A stretch of DNA of 63,509 nucleotides, the filler included, from Chiloscyllium plagiosum (lineage: Eukaryota): NCBI RefSeq assembly GCF_004010195.1. It is 4 parts of one record of this genome, joined end to end, with 100 filler letters (N's around TTAATTAATTAA, not from the genome) between each part and the next. Parts side by side here need not be neighbours in the genome. Positions count along the whole stretch, not along the records: positions 1 to 19,448 come from NC_057712.1; positions 19,549 to 43,944 come from NC_057712.1; 2 more parts are not named here. One strand, given 5' to 3'. Below the pieces are notes generated by a model. The model made no database searches and had not been told where the DNA came from. It worked only from the letters and a program-made list of their open reading frames with translations. Made by a program: the position numbers and the translations under genes. The stretch's first letter is position 1. The number at the start of each line of letters is the position of its first letter. Shown here piece by piece: positions 12,592 to 25,456 of this stretch.

Positions 12592-13095
12592 ATTAGATTA
12601 GATTCCATACAGTATGGAAACAGGCCATTTGGCCCAACAAGCCCACACCAATCCTGCAAAGAGTAACCCACCCAGAGCCATTTCCCTACCCTATATTTGC
12701 ACATAACACTATGGGCAATTTAACAAGGCCAATTCACCTGACCTGCACAACTTTGGATTGTGGGAGCTGAAAATGTGTTGCTGGAAAAGCGCAGCAGGTC
12801 AGGCAGCATTCAGGGAACAGGAGAATTGACGTTTCGGGCATAAGCCCTTCTTCAGGATTCCTGAAGAAGGGCTTATGCCCGAAACGTCGATTCTCCTGTT
12901 CCTTGGATGCTGCCTGACCTGCTGCGCTTTTCCAGCAACACATTTTCAGCTCTGATCTCCAGCATCTGCAGACCTCACTTTCTCCTTTTGGATTGTGGGA
13001 CAAAACCCACACAGACAGGTCACCCAGGGTGGGAATGGAACCCAGGTCCCTGGCACTATGAGGCAGCAGTGGCTAACCACTGAGCCACCATGCTG
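12592..13095 (-). mobile_element. SINE interrupted by a Penelope palindrome
   Basis: SINE body resumes after the insert. Confidence 0.8.
12764..12986. mobile_element. Penelope pLTR near-perfect palindrome (12764-12952) with back-to-back hammerhead cores
   Basis: About 94-bp arms around 12858; TSD TTTGGATTGTGGGA at 12752-12765 and 12987-13000. Confidence 0.8.
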
Positions 13096-13984
13096 CGTTT
13101 GACAATAAACAGCATTTGACTTGAAGTCAGATAAGGAGACATAAGTTTAGACGACCAAAACCCTATTCAAACAGGTAGGGGAGGTAGCTTTAAACTGCCA
13201 AGTCAAAGGAGGAAGGGGAGCCAGACAGATGGGCAGGCAAAAGCAGTAATAATGATTGGTAGCCAATCCATTTAGTTAAATATCCACTTCTACCACTCCA
13301 GTGCATCGTGGCTGCAAGTATATATCATCTCTAAGATGTCTTGTAGCAACTCATCAAGGCTCCTTCAATAACACCTCCCAAATCCAAAATCAGAGCAATG
13401 CTGTTCTCTATTAATCAGAGTTTAAGTCAGAGCAATGAAAGTCAAGCCTTCTTCAGAGACTAATTATTGATCACTGTACGGACCACATCACAGTGTTGTT
13501 GCTATTCTGCTGGGGTAGGGGGAGAATTGTATACCTTATGGGGAGACCAGCTAATAAAAGCTGCCAGCCTCCTTGCAATTTCCTGATGAGGCATTCTGTG
13601 ACCCACAGGAGACCTCATACAGTCACATTAGCCGAGGCTGTCTGTCTGAGGTCTCTTCCATTGTTGCTGCTGCTGCTGGTATTGCTGAGGCTGACGCATT
13701 GCCAACTCTGCAATTGATCAGCAGCTCTTGGAGTGAAACTAATCCCTCAACTCCAACCCCTTAACAGTGTGGGACAGTTAAGCAATTATAGAGTCATAGA
13801 GATGTACAGCATGGAAACAGACCCTTCGGTCCAACCTGTCCAGGCCGACCAGATATCCCAACTCTTCTGGGTGTTCCAAAAATGGTTGGAGCAATTTTTC
13901 CCTACTGTTATGGGCAATGGAGTGGTAAATCATTATTGCCATTGATTTCAGCTACTTTTAAAATTGTGTAACAATTCAAATCAA

Positions 13985-16900
13985 GCCATAAGATATAGGG
14001 GCAGAATTAGGCAATTCAGCCCATGGAGCCTGCTCCGCCATTTGCTCTTGGCTGATATGTTTTTCAATGTCATTCTCCTGCCATCTCCTAAAATTCTTGA
14101 TCCCCTTACGAATCAAGAACTTACCTATCTCTGTTTTAAATACATTCATTGATTTGGCCTCTCGGCCCTCTACCAAATGAGTTACATAAATTAACCACTC
14201 TCTGGTTGAGGAAATTCCTCCTCATCTCAGTTCTAAAGGGTCATTTCTTCATTCTGGGTCTGTGTCCTTGGGGCCATGTATCTCCTATTAGTCAAAACAG
14301 CTTCTCTATATCCATTCTGACCGTGCCTTTCAGTATTCTATAAGTTTCAATCAATCCCACACCACACCCACCTTATCCCATCCTTCTGAACTTTATCAAA
14401 TATGGACCTTCAAATACAGAGTCCTCAATTGCTCCTCATATGAGCCCTTCATCCCCAGGATCATTCTTGTAAACCTCCTCTGGACCCCTCCAGGGCCAGC
14501 ATATCCTTCCTGAGAGACAAGGCCCAAAACTAACTACAGTATTCCAAGTGCAGTCTGACCACAGTCTCTGCTGTTGTATTCTAGCTCTCTTGAAATGAAT
14601 GCTAACATTGCATTTGCCTTCCTAATTGCAAGCTGAACCTGCCATCCTGAAAAACCTGCCATCTTTATCTCAGAGGTCTTTATCACAGAGGTTGGTCTGC
14701 AGATACAAGTAATTAGGAAGGCAAATGGAATTTTGTCCTTCATTGCTAAAAGGATTGAGTTTAAAAGCAAGGAGATTATGTAGAAAAGATTTACAAGGAT
14801 GTTGCCGGGGTTGGAGGATTTGAGCTATAGGGAGAGGCAGGATAGGCTGGGGCTGTTTTCCCTGGAATGTCGGATGCTGGGGTGTGACATTACAAAGATT
14901 TAAAAAGTCAAGAGGAGCATAGATAGGAAAAATAGACAAGTTCTTTTCTCTGGGGTTGGGGAATCCAGAACTAGAGGGCATAGTTTAGGGTGAGATGGGA
15001 AAGATATAAAAGGGACCTAAGGGGAAACCTTTTCATACAGAGCGTGGTGTGTGTATGGAATGAGCTGTCAGAGAAAGTGGTGGAGCCTGGTACAATTGCA
15101 ACATGTAAAAGGCATCTGGATAGGTATAGGAATAGGATTTAGTGCTGGCAAATGGGACTAGATTAGGTTGGGATATCTGGTTGGCATGGATGGTTTGGAA
15201 AAAGTGTCTGAAACAGAAAAGGGTCTGTTTCCGTGCTGTACATCTCTATGACTCTATGTTGCAGCTATACAGGGTGCTAGTGAGGCTACACCTGGAATAC
15301 TGCGTGCAGCTTTGGTCTCCTTACTTGAGAAAGGATGTACTGGTACTACAGGGGGTGCAGAGGAGGTTAACTCGGTTGATTCCAGAGTTGAGGGTATTAG
15401 TTTATGAGGACAGACTGAGTAGACTGGTATTATATTCAGTAGAATTCAGAAGAAAGAGGGGGGATCTTATAGACACATATAAAATTATGAAGGGAATAGA
15501 TAAGATAGAAGTAGAGAGGATGTTTCCACTGACGGGTGAAACTAAAACAAGGGGGCATAGCCTCAAGATTAGATGGAGCAGATTTATGAATTGAGAAGGA
15601 ACTTCTTCACCCAGAGGGTTGTAAATCTGTGGAATTCCTTGTCCAGTGAAGTAGTTGATGCAACTTCAGTAAACGTTTTTAAAGCTAAGATAGATAATCT
15701 TTTGAACAATAAAGTAATTAAGGGATACGGTGAGAGCTCAGGTAAGTAGAGCTGAGTCCACGAAGAGGTCAGCCGTGATTTTATCATGTGTCAGAGCTGG
15801 TTCAAAGGGCCAGATGGCCCACTCGTGCTCCTAGTGCTTATGTTCTTATGTTCACTCTCTGCCTTCTGCCAGTCAGCCAATCCTTTAGCCATGCCAGTAC
15901 TTTGTCCCTTATATATCAACCTCTTATGCAGCACCTTGTCAAAGACCTTCTGGAAATCCAAATAGATCACATCCACTAGTTCTCCTTTGTGTAACTTACT
16001 CATTACCTCCTCAAAGAAGTCTAACAGATTTGTCAGGCATGACCTCCCCTTGACGAAGCTGTGCTGACTCAGGCCCACTTTACCATGCACTTCAAACTAC
16101 TGTGCAATCTCATCCTTAATAATGGATTCTAAATCTTACCATTGACCAAAGTCAGGCTAATCAGCCTATAGTTTCCTGCCTTCTGCCTCCCTCCCTTCTT
16201 AAACAAGCATATTACAGTAACCATTTTCCAGTCCCCTGGGACCCTCCCTGACTGCAGTGAATCCTGAATGATCAGCACCAATTCCTCCACAATCTTCTCA
16301 ATGATCTCCTTCAGAACTCTGGGGTGTAGTCCATCTAGTCAAGGTGATTTATCCACCTTCAGACCTTTAGCTTCCCTAGTGCCTTATCCTTAGTGATGGC
16401 TGCTGCACTCCCCTCTGCCCCCTAACTCTTTTGTAGTTCTGTTATACTGCTGGTGTCTTCTGCTGTAAAAACTGACACTGTTTCTTTGTTCCCCATTTCT
16501 CTTTCTCCAGCCTCATTTTCCAGTGGTCCAGTATCTACTCTTACTGCTCTTTTAGCTTTTAAATATCTGAAAAAAGAGCTCATGCTTTTTTTTAATGTTA
16601 CTAGCTAGCTTACTGTCATAGTTCATCTTCTGCACTCTTATTGCTTTGTTAGTTATCCTCTGCCAGTTTTTCGAGGCTTCCCAATCCTCTGGCTTCCCAC
16701 AAATCTTCATGCCACAAGTTTTTTTTTACTTTTATGCTGTCCCTGACTTCCCTTGTCAGCCATAGTTTCGTTATCCTCTCCTTGGTACGTTTTGTTTACT
16801 GGGATGAATTTATGGTGTGCGTCCTGAATTACCCCCAGAAACACCTGCCATTGCTAATGCACCATCTTCTCTACTGGTCTCCCCTTCCAATCAACTCTGG

Positions 16901-17420
16901 CCAGCTCCTTCCATATGTCTTTGTAGTTACCTTTACTCAATTGTACCCGTTGCATCTGATTCCAGCTTCTCCCCCTCAAACTGCCACATTAATTCGATCA
17001 AGTTATGGTCACTGCCCCAAAGGGCACACTAAGCTTCCTATTCAAGTCTGCCTCATTACTAATCATCAAATTCAGAACGGCCTGTTCCCTGGTGGGCTCT
17101 GCTCAAAATAAACATTGTCTACATTCCACAAATTCCTTTTCTTGAGATCTGCTAATAACCTGATTTTCCCAATCTGCATATTGAAGTCACTCATGATTTT
17201 TGTAAGAAATGTATTATTACAATACTTTTCTGTCTCCTGATTTATTTTCTTCCCATGTCCTGACTATTGCTGGAAGGTCTGTATATAACTCCTTTTTTAC
17301 CTTTGCAGTTCCTCAAATCTATCCATATAGATTCCACAACTATATATCACTTTTTGCTATCAATTTTATTTCATTTCTTATTAACAAGACAACCCCACCC
17401 CTTTCACCTTTTCCTTATTC
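13985..17420. mobile_element. Cluster of nested CR1 LINE fragments in both orientations
   Basis: LEYCVQLWSPYLRKD, KGRSCLTNLLDFFEEV..DVIYLDFQKVFDKV; a second CR1 3' end nested at about 14783-15258. Confidence 0.8.
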
Positions 17421-18067
17421 TCTGTCTTTAAATTACTTATTCTGGAAACTTTAATAACCTCTGCTGAGCCCTCCCCAGAAAACTCTGTTGTGTTGCGTAA
17501 TGAATTCCTTTGACATTGTAGCAGTTTGTGCAGTAGGAACAAACATTTTGTTCTTATTGTGACATTCAAAAGACAGTTTCTAGGGCTTGCCACATTTCGT
17601 GATTCCAAATATTCATCATGTTTGAAGCCGCCCAGAACTATGACAGAACTTGTTGCAAGGTTTTCAGTAGGTCACACCACACAGCTGAGGGGTCACTGAA
17701 GAGCATTTCAAGATCACAGCTGGTTTGAAACTCTGACAACAGACAGTAAACCACCAGTTAACGTTGAACATTGTTGGGTTCTCTGAAAATTATTGCAGTA
17801 ATATTTCCCCGGCTTTCCGGCCAGTGGTGGGGTGTCGATCACTGACTGTTAAAGACAGCTTACTTCAACAGCTAGTTAAGGATACATAGGTACAGAAGCA
17901 AATTCTACACAGAAAATAACCATTTAACTGGACAGCTGTGAAAAAGCAATGAATTACATTAGGACTGTGTATTTGGGATTCAGTAAAAAGTCAAGAGTGG
18001 GAAGATTAGAATTCAGGGAAAATTTTAAAAAGATATTAGGTAACTAAGTGTTGGAGTCAGGCCATAA

Positions 18068-18660
18068 TATGACCATAAGAAATAAGCAAAGGAGTAGCCT
18101 GTTCGGCCCTTTGAGCCTACTCCATTATTCAATAGGATCATGGCTGATCCAACATTTCTCGTGTCCACTTTCCTACCCTTTCCCTACAATCCTCAATTCC
18201 CCACTGATCAATAATCTATCTATCTCAGTCTTAAATATACACAAGGAGTCTGTCTCCACAGCTCTCTATGGCAAAGTTGTCCAAGACTCTCAACCCTCTG
18301 TGTGAAGAAATTCCTCCTCCATCTCAATCACAAATTGGTGCCCCTTCATTCTGAGACTATCCTCTCTGGTCCTAGTCTGTCCCACAAGGGGAAACATACT
18401 CTCAGTATTTATTCTGTCAGGCCCTTTATGAATCCTATTTGTTTCAATGAGGTGACCTCTCATTCTTCTAAATTGCAAGGAGTACAATCCCAACCAATTT
18501 TACAATTGCTCATAAGACAAATCCTCCATTCTGGAATCATCCTGGTGAACCTTCTCTGAACTAGCTCCAATGAAATAATATATTTCCTTAAATAAGGGGA
18601 CCAGGCTGCTCACATTACTCCAGATATGGTCTCAACCAGCATCTTGCATAGTTGCACATG
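18068..18660 (-). mobile_element. CR1 3' fragment
   Basis: GLYSLQFRRMRGHLIET peptide plus 3' UTR. Confidence 0.7.
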
Positions 18661-19448
18661 GTCAAGGATGTTGAAAAGTGCTGGGAGCTTGAAAGAACTC
18701 CTGATAGTTGAGAGTTGATGTGAGGAGGAGTGAAGGAAACTCATATGAGGCATTTACTTTGTGCTGCTTAGCCAGTTCAGAGTTTAGGAAACAAACCTGG
18801 AGGCAGTACTAGTTAGTTGAAGCTCACTGTTTCTGCAAAGTTGGAACAAGTTCAATTTTTACTGTACAAAGGAACATAGTCTCAAAAAAGGTGAAGACCA
18901 CAATGTATACAAATATTGTGGTAGTCTATGACAGAGTGATTTTTAAGCAAGTATCAGAGCCAGGTTGTCAAAATTGAAGAATTGTAGTCCCTTGTGAGGT
19001 TTTAAGAGATTTGCTGACCCACACTGTCACTAAGGTTTTAGGGGAGATTGCTGAGAAATCTATGGGCCTGTCTCATGCACGGATGCTGCCTGAATTGCTG
19101 TGCTCTTCCAGCATCACTGATCCAGAATCATGCACTATGTTGCATGGGTGTTCAGCCTACATTTTCTGTTACCCATATTTGCTTCATGTTAAGTTTAAGA
19201 TGTTAAAATATAAATGATGTCTATCTCTGCACAGATTAATTCTATTTTATTGTCACTGATTTTTGAATTTTTTTATTTGTAATATATTAGTTGTTTTTTG
19301 TTGACTAAAGAAACCTTTCTGAACTGTTTCTAGAACTAAACCAAATACAGTCTAAAAATGTTACAATTGAGTTCGCACGCCTAACCCCACCCCTGCCCTG
19401 ATCTCCATCCCCGCCCCGGTTCCCACCCCATGCCTACCCCCACCCCCA

Positions 19449-19548
19449 NNNNNNNNNNNNNNNNNNNNNNNNNNNNNNNNNNNNNNNNNNNNTTAATTAA
19501 TTAANNNNNNNNNNNNNNNNNNNNNNNNNNNNNNNNNNNNNNNNNNNN
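19449..19548. other. Assembly gap with artificial TTAATTAATTAA linker
   Basis: N44-TTAATTAATTAA-N44, identical at three sites. Confidence 0.95.
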
Positions 19549-19800
19549 CTAACCTGCAATCTTCTTCCTGACCTCTCCACCCCCACCCCCACTCCGGCCT
19601 ATCACCCTCACCTTAACCTCTTTCCACCTATCGCATTTCCAACGCCGCTCCCCCAAGTCCCTCCGCCCTACCTTTTATCTTAGCCTGCTTAGCACACTTT
19701 CCTCATTCCTGAAGAAGGGCTTATGCCAGAAACGTCGATTCCCCTGCTCCTTGGATGCTGCCTGACCTGCTGCGCTTTTCCAGCAACACATTTTCAGCTA
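19549..19800 (+). mobile_element. Penelope-like 3' end / pLTR
   Basis: C-rich tract followed by the same hammerhead-bearing tail as 1-136. Confidence 0.7.
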
Positions 19801-20959
19801 CAATTGAGTACACCCCGTTCTTGTTTAATTTTAAATTTGTTGCAGCTAGTGAAGGAGTGAGAGTAGAATAAGAATGGTGCACCTCTCCAACCTCAATCAT
19901 AATAGTTGCTAGTCTGTAGCCTTACTCTGAAACGAAAAAGAACTGATGAGTTTGGCAGACCCTGAAAAGATCTTGCATGCCATTTCTGAAATAATTACTG
20001 TTTGCTGGGACCAGATGGAAGATGAATTCAGTGCTGATTTTTGTGCTGCTCTAACTGTTGCTTCTGTCTTGATAGTCAAATTAAATGGAGGTCCCCTTGC
20101 TATCACATTATTCTGGACTTATGATCACATGTTGACATGCACTAAAAGTGAGTCATAAATATTGCAAGTGTATCTAACCAGTTCATTTCAGAAACTCATT
20201 TGTTACAGGAAGCTGTGCAAACTGTCAATCTCTTAAAACATGGAGCTAATCAGCGTTGGCATTTAGTGTCTTTGCTGAATGTTGTACAACGGGACAATTA
20301 TTTACTTCAACATCAGTAACTATGTCAATTAGTGAATAACCTTGTTAAATTAGCCCATTGCTCATTCTACTGCTCAAGATTCTGCAAGTCATTGATTTGT
20401 TGCTGTAGAATCACGAAACTATCTCCAAAAGATAAGAATAAATTCAACTATTATAACCTTGAGCTTTGGCAAATTGTCATTTTTAGCCAAAGTTTCTCTT
20501 GCATTTTTCTCCTTCCCACCATAAAATAGCTTTGCTGTACAAAATATTAATGACCCCGCCTCCACCATTTTCTGAGCCAGAAAGTGACAATGTCTTACAA
20601 AGTCTTACATCTGAGAGAAAACCTTTCTCTTCATCCCTGTTATAAAAGAGCAACCCCTAATTTTAAAACCATGCCCCCTAGTTCTGAACTGACTCACAAG
20701 AGGAAATATCTTTCCATTTCTGCCTTGACAAGTGAAATGTGGTCTCACAAGTGCCTGACTAATTGAAGCATAATGTCTTACATTTATATTCAATTCCTCT
20801 CATAATAAAGGATAGCATTACATTAACCTTCTTGATCATGTTCCTTACCTACATGCGAACTTTTTTGTGATGTACTAGATCATCTAAATCCATCTGCACC
20901 TTGGAATTCTGTAGTCATTCACTATTTAAATAACATTTAGCTTTTTTCATTCTTCTTTG

Positions 20960-22965
20960 AAGAAGTAAGAAAGAGGATTAATAAGGGCAGAGCAGGAGAC
21001 TTGATCTATATGGATTTCAGCTTCCTCTTGGGAGAGACTGGTTAGCAAGGTTAGATCTCATGGAATACAGGGAGAACTAGCCATTTGGATACAGAATTGG
21101 CTCAAAGCTAGAAGACAAAGGATGGTGGTGGAGGGTTGTTTTTCAGATTGGAGGCCTGTGACCAGTGGCGTGCCACAAGATTGGTGCTGAGTCCTCTGCT
21201 TTTTTTGTCATTTATATAAATGATTTGGATGTGAACTTCGGAGGTATCGTTAGTAAGTTTGCAGATGACACCAAAATTGGAGGTGTAGTGGACAGCGAAG
21301 AATGTTACTTCAGAGTACAACGTGATCTTGATCAGATGGGCCAATGAGCTGAGGAGTGGCAGATGAAGTTTAATTTAGATAAATGTGAGGTGATGCATTT
21401 TGGAAAGGCAAAACAGAGCAGGACTTATGCACTTAATGGTAAGGTCCTAGGGAGTGTTGTTGAACAAAGAGACCTTGGAGTTTCATAGTTCCTTGAAAGT
21501 AGAGTCAGAGGTAAATAGGATAATGAAAAAGGTATTTGGTATGCTTTCCTTTGTTGGTCAGAGCATCGAGAATAGGAGTCGGGAGGGTCATGTTGCGGCT
21601 GTACAGGACATTGGTTAGGCCACTTTTAGAATATTGCGTGCAGTTCTGGTCTCCTTCCTATCAGAAGGATGTTGTGAAACGTGAAAGGGTTCAGAAAAGA
21701 TGTACAAGGATGTTGCCATAGTTGGAGGGTTTGAGTTATAGGGAGAAGCTGAACAGGCTGGGGCTGTTTTCCCTGGAACGCCAGGCACTGAGGGGTGATC
21801 TTACAGAGGTTTATGAAATCATGAGGGGAATGGATAGGATAAATAGACAAAGTTTTTTTCCTGGGGTGGGGTGTCCAGAACTATAGGGCATATGTTTAGG
21901 ATGAGAGGGGAAAGATATAAAAGGGACCTAAGGAGCAACTTTTTCACGCAGAGAGTGGTATGTTTATGGAAAGAGCTGCCAGAGGAAGTGGTGGAGGCTG
22001 GTACAATTGTGACCTTTAAAAGACATCTGGATGGGTATATGAATAGGAAGGGTTTAGAGGGATAGGGCCTTGTGCTGGCAAATGGCACTAGATTAGGTCA
22101 TATCTGGTCAACATGAACGAGTTGGACCGAAGGGTCTTTTTCTGTGCTGTAAATCTCTATAACTATTCAGATAAATGCGAAGTGCTGCATTTTGGAAAGG
22201 CAAATCTTAGCAGGACTTATACACTTAATGCTAAGGTCCTAGGGAGTGTTGCTGAACAAAGAGACCTTGGATTGCAGGTTCATAGTTCCTTGAAAGTGGA
22301 ATCGCAGGTAGATAGGATAATGAAGAAGACGTTTGGTATGCTTTCCTTTATTGATCAGGGTATTGAGTACAGGAGTTCGGAGGTCATGTTGCGGCTGTAA
22401 AGGACATTGGTTAGGCCACTGTTGGACTATTGTGTGCAATTCTGGCCTCCTTTCTATGGGAAAGATGTTGTGAAACATGAAAAGGTTCAGAAAAGATTTA
22501 CAAGGATGTTGCCAGGGTTGAGGGATTTGAGCTATAGGGAGAGGCTGAACAGGCTGGGGCTGTTTTCCCTGGAGCATTGGAGGCTGAGGGGTGACCTTAT
22601 AGAGGTTTACAAAATTATGAGGGGTAAGGATAGGGTAAATAGGTAAAGTCTTTTCTCTGGGTTGGGGGAGTCCAAAACTAGAGGACATAGGTTTAGGGTG
22701 AGAGGGGAAAGATATGAAAGAGACCTACGGGGCAACATTTTCACACAGAGGGTGGTTCGTGTATGGAAGTGTGGAGTCTGGTACAATTGCAACATTTAAG
22801 AGGCATTTGGATGGGTATATGAATAGGAAGGGTTTGGAGGGATATGGGCCGGATGCTGGCAGGTGGGACTAGATTGGGTTAGGATATCTGGTCAGCATGG
22901 ACGGGTTGGACCGAAGGGTCTATTTCCGTGCTGTACATCTCTATGACTCTAACTCTATGACTCTA
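20960..22965 (+). mobile_element. Two head-to-tail CR1/HER1 3' fragments
   Basis: [21 protein letters not shown]; each ends in a TCTATGAC/TCTATAAC-type tail (~22165, ~22965). Confidence 0.85.
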
Positions 22966-23483
22966 TTTATGACTCATATTTACCAGATGTCAGTTTGGGA
23001 ATATAAATGGATCTCAAGTAGATCTCAATTTAATTAGACTATCAAAACAGAGGCAAGAAGTCTGAACTTTGGATTATTTTACCACTATGTCACTGGCTCC
23101 CCATTTTTCTTTTGTGTAACGGTTATTATTACCCCTTTTAGCAATACCCAGAAGCCATTTGGACATTACAAAAGAGCCAAACACCAGGAGCTCAACCTTA
23201 ATGGCCTAAATATCCTGTGAGATCTAATAATACCTGCAGCTCAGTTGATCAGATTGCGAAAAATCAACTCCATATCATTTCTGTAGTGGAAGATTCAAGA
23301 TGGAGCTAGTACTGAGAAATTTGTAATGAATTTCATTCAGTGTCTCTGTATGTTCACGGTATACCTTTCCTTTTCTGCTTATTGTATGTAACTTGTTCAT
23401 ATTTCCATCTCTGTGTGCATAGAAATATGATGGATTTTAACTTACTATTAAAATATTGAAATAACCTCTTTGTCTTTGCTTAG

Positions 23484-23650
23484 TGGATTTACTAGTGAAC
23501 CGTTGGAAAACTGGATTGCTGGCCCCAAAAGAAATGTTTGGCTCTATGGCATGTGTTCAACTCCCAGAATATCTACTAAAGGATGGATATGCAAATTATG
23601 AGCAAGCAGAGATCATCCAGAATGCCCTTTACAGCCAGAATAACATTGAG
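23484..23650 (+). CDS. Next exon of the PLP-dependent C-S lyase gene
   Basis: CTCTTTGTCTTTGCTTAG| acceptor, GAG|GTATGA donor, phase 1-0; (V)DLLVNRWKTGLLAPKEMFGSMACVQLPEYLLKDGYANYEQAEIIQNALYSQNNIE matches the W.T....P..M..SM..V.LP...IE pattern of LCD/Egt2-type lyases. Confidence 0.8.
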
Positions 23651-24199
23651 GTATGATATATCATCTTTATCACAGTATTCCTGTTTGTTCTTCATGTTAC
23701 CAGAATACACTACTGTTACTATTGTGCTTTTTGTAACAAAGGGTGACTGATATCATTCTTTTTCATTTCCAAAAGTTGACTTTATTCATAAAATTCATAA
23801 GCACTCAGTGCAGGATTCTTAGCCTCTTATCTGCTCTTATAGCTACAGTATTTAGAAGACTAGTCCAGCTCACTTTCTGGTCAATGGTAACTGCCAGAAT
23901 ATCAATATGGAGGTTTCAGCAAGGGTAATGCCATTAAATGTCAGGGATCATGATTAGATTCTCTCTTGTTGGAGAAGATCACTGTCTGAAATTTGTGTGA
24001 TATGAATGTCACTTGCCATTTGTTAACCCAAGCCTAAACATTGCCACAGTTTTGCAACATTTGGAAGTAAATTGCTTCACTACCTGACTACTTACAATTA
24101 GTTGAAAAATGTGGTGCTGGAAAAACACAGCAGGCCAGGCAGCATCCGAGGAGCAGGAGAATCGATGTTTCGGGCATAAGCCCTTCTTCAGGAGCTTCC

Positions 24200-25456
24200 A
24201 CCAATATCTCAAGAGTGTACATGTGTGATAATAACCGACCGCAAACCTCTCCTAGACCTACTTAAGGAGGACAAGGCAGGCACCTATATTTTCATGCCAA
24301 ATTCAGCGGTAGACTCTAATACAAAGTGAATATAATTACAAGTTACATCCACAGCTTCACTAGATATCAAACTGTCCCAGTTCCTACCAGGATCACTCCT
24401 CATGCAACTACAGAAATAGCTTCAGCAGAGTTGCTAATGGAGAGAAGACCCTGCACCAGGTAAACTCTGAACGTCCTGGAGCGTGGGTGGGGTGCTAGGG
24501 GATGAAGCAGCATCAAAAACGCAAGTGCTGGATGCCAGATTCCACCAAGTGAGAGAGACAGTTTACTACAGGAGACAAAGTTTGGGGTAAGGAACCATGC
24601 AAATGGCTCTGCATAGGTAAGAGACTTGGTTTACACAAGGTAGAAGCATCTGTCCTGACCAAACACACCGTGAACTCGCAAATGGTGCCGGAGCAAAATG
24701 TGCCCTGTTCCTTGTAACAGCCCATAGGGCTGTCCTAACCTGTGGGTTCTTTCTCTCCATCAAGTGTTGAAGAGACCTCTGCATCTGAGACGGACATGAT
24801 GGATCTCACTGTGTCAACGCCTTAGACTGCAGAAGAAAAGGAGTGAATTTCTCCTGATGTTCTCTGCCCACAAGAGGCAAATCTCATCCATTACATGCCA
24901 CCCACATCCAATGTAGAGTCAGAAGAGCTTGACCCACTGCTAAAACACTCCAGTAAGCGCGACAAGTGAAAAGACCAGCCTGTGTCCTCAGACTCAGACG
25001 GGGATATATGAAGTGATTGTAACAAAGTCAGCCAGGTGGATCTCATAGAATAAGAGTTCCCTGATTGGGGTTGTTAATCTGGTCCAATCAGGGAGTCCTG
25101 GCTGACAGATAAAAAGAGGAGTGTCAGACATTCTGATTCCTGACTCTGAGGGAATTGGAGTCATGAGCATTTTTGTAGGAGGTAGGGTGGGAAGAGATGC
25201 AATCCAGGTAGCAGGGAGTCAGTGCATTTGTAAAAAATGTCGGTGTCAAGTCGGTCGTCATTAATGGAGATGTGTAAAAAATGTCGGTGTCAAGTCGGTC
25301 GTCATTAGTGGAGATGTGTAAAAAATGTCAGTGTCAAGTCAGTCATCATTAATGGAGATGTTGTAAAAAATGAATTGGACCCAGTGTTAAAGAATTTCCA
25401 CAAGTAAATAAAGGATAACTTGGTGATGGGATACTGGCCTTTGGGAAGATATTTCA
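24200..25456 (+). mobile_element. Decayed Gypsy LTR retrotransposon 3' part with LTR (~25009-25456)
   Basis: RNaseH-like remnant (ITDRKPLL.LL.EDK); purine tract then TG..ATTTCA LTR similar to the LTRs at 33447 and 49669. Confidence 0.65.
25163..25372 (-). mobile_element. Penelope RT fragment with 44-bp tandem triplication, inserted in the Gypsy LTR
   Basis: Minus-strand ISINDDRLDTDIFYK..SSHPTSYKNA; units start at 25229, 25273, 25317; AATTGGA flanks. Confidence 0.65.
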
